A model generated the notes under the pieces. That model was not told where the DNA came from. It ran no database searches and was given only the letters and a program-made list of their open reading frames with translations. Shown here piece after piece: positions 62,086-64,000 of a stretch of 64,000 nt of DNA; position 1 is the first letter of the stretch, and the number at the start of each line of letters is the position of its first letter. This DNA is from Bispira polyomma. Its lineage: Eukaryota. The position numbers and the translations under genes were made by a program. The DNA is taken from NCBI GenBank assembly GCA_965649765.1, contig OZ287748.1:32426001-32490000 (forward strand), given 5' to 3'.

Positions 62086-64000
62086 TGACCATTAGACCAC
62101 TGAAGACCACAAAATATGGAGATTGCAAATGTCATATTAATACAGTGTACCAACCATTAGAGCCTTCAGCCGGGCTAAGAATGGCCCTGGGGGGAAGATA
62201 CGTTGATGCACACCCCTCTTTCTGTGGTGTTTGTAAAGGTGGAGACAGTAGGGGGCATGTTTTTGTACCCTCTGATACCTATAACAGCTCCCTTGGCGAA
62301 AATTACTGGTTCCATCATCACAGGATCTTTTGGTATTTGATGGGATGGATGTAACTCATCATTATCATGTTCAACTGTGGTATCCTCTGAGGCTGGAGAT
62401 CTAGAGCCATGTGGTGACTGGGAAGACATGACCACATCAATGGAACAGCGAGTGTACAGTCTATGATCTATATATGAAGACCCAGTCAATAGATTTGTGA
62501 AGGAATGTCAAAGCAATTAAGAGTTTAGAGGATGTCAGGTCCTGAAGATTTGATGTGTATATGACATATCATGGTATATACACTGTGGTTACTTGACCAA
62601 AATAACAGCAGGAATGAGTTTTTCATTGGACCTTAAAGTTCATGAGATTGTTCATGAATTGTTGATACTCACTGATGGAATTCTTCCTTTAAATACTGCA
62701 CAGTAGAAGTGAAAGAAGGTTATTATTTTTAACCATTTTAACCATTAGTCTATATATTTAAGCAATAATATCATGTACATTCAACCATTGAAATGTTTAA
62801 TGAAAAAAAGAAAATATTTCTATATCTCTGTTACACATGCATTTTATCTGGTAGTATCTTTAATGTGTTCTAACTGGCTTTATAAACACCATAAATTCTA
62901 GTGGGTAAAATGTGTAAGTCAATTTAAGATACCATGCACATTAAGGAACAGTAGTTTTTAGGGGTCAAATTCTTTTGAGTTCCCAGCTCTAAAGTATCAT
63001 AGTCAGTTAGTTACAGCCAAAATAAATCCATTTTATATGATATTCCCACCAATAAACGTAACTAGACCTTTAGGAATAGTTTAAATGCAAAATTAAAAGC
63101 ACTTGAACTATAAATAAAAATAAAAATGTACTAGTTAAGCATATAATAACCCAAAAGTACGATTTATGAAGTATTTTAATAGTAAGTCACTGATTATATT
63201 AAAAAATATTTTGTTCTGAATTCCCGCATCCCTGAGTGTAAACTATGAAATATAATACCAACATATTGTATAACAACAGATAATATACCCAATTAATAGT
63301 TTACTTATTAAACCAAAACAATTGTGAACAATATCAAATGAAAAAAGTGATATTCAATTCCAAAAGTAAGAAAAATACGTCCATAATGGCCTCATGCAGG
63401 ACTCTGGAGTACATGTATTTATGTTTTGGAGGGACACATTGTGAAAACTATATCTAGTTTCTATTTGTTTCACATACAACTGACTTTTGATCATTAAGAT
63501 GATCATTGATCTTAGTAGTGCAAGAAAAGCTGTTATATTCGTCCAACTTAAGTCAGAGGCTAGATGGTGAACATTGGTCAACGTCCCCAAGGTTCTTCAG
63601 CCTACCACCTGGAATAGGACACAAACAACAGGACCACCATTGTAAGTGGTCATCAAAGTGGTCATCAAAAGTCCACTACGTATCTAAACCAGATCCTTTG
63701 CCTGTTTTTCTATATTTTTATTTACCTGATATACAAGTACAATACAGGACAAAGCACACACATAGACAATCACACCATACATTACAAAAAGAGCAAAAAA
63801 ACAAAATCTCAATAAAATAACAGTACAATAAAGATATTGGCACATTAGTATAAGGCTTTTAAAGTGTATTTTATAAATTGTTTTTTTTTTGCATAGCACA
63901 ATACATAAGGAAAAATACATCTAATCTACATTTTAACACTAGTGTTAGTTTAATTTGTTTAATATATTATAATGAATTACATATTATATTGTCTTTGTTG

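Larger units (their letters stand above)
58030..63700 (-). pseudogene. Disabled spliced coding region with two SEFIR/TIR-like segments and a repeat-containing linker
   Basis: Exon-like blocks at ~63375-63700, 61780-62695, 59387-59770, 59060-59188 and 58030-58202, several bounded by AG/GT. Fragments: FHNVS..INTCTPE, QFMNNLMNF/RSNEKLIPAVIL, LIFSIS..IDFTVDY, DIMASGHWTGW, YCLLTP/DYLNLVN..YKWM..NGRKVIAII. Multiple stops. Confidence 0.33.

Noticed and set aside
61780-62695. Terminal exon of an upstream protocadherin paralog
   Set aside because: It contains internal stops and frameshifts, has no Pcdh tail motifs, and further exon-like blocks follow downstream.

Overview
AT-rich eukaryotic DNA, most likely a lophotrochozoan and probably a mollusc, judged from its SINE, HINE and MITE families and the protocadherin type. 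One intact gene can be built by hand on the minus strand: a 6-coding-exon protocadherin (ATG 46288 to TGA 19982, 1161 aa). It has a signal peptide, 7 cadherin repeats, one TM helix and a long cytoplasmic tail with DSGRG, NPxY, PPxY and RVxF-type motifs, and all splice phases are compatible. Disabled, spliced coding relics lie on both sides of it. The right relic (~55.0-63.7 kb, minus) ends in a TRP/TRPM-like S4-S6/TRP-box region and appears to carry two SEFIR/TIR-like domains upstream. The left relic (2.6-3.4 kb) resembles one of those domains. These assignments were made by eye across stops and frameshifts and need HMM confirmation. The rest is a repeat landscape: L2 and L1/Tx1 LINE fragments, tRNA-derived SINEs, Helentron-type HINEs, Harbinger, hAT and pogo-type MITEs (one nested pair), a Ginger1-like element just 3' of the protocadherin stop, a layered 38/40-bp minisatellite, and a near-perfect 599-bp inverted duplication upstream of the protocadherin promoter.
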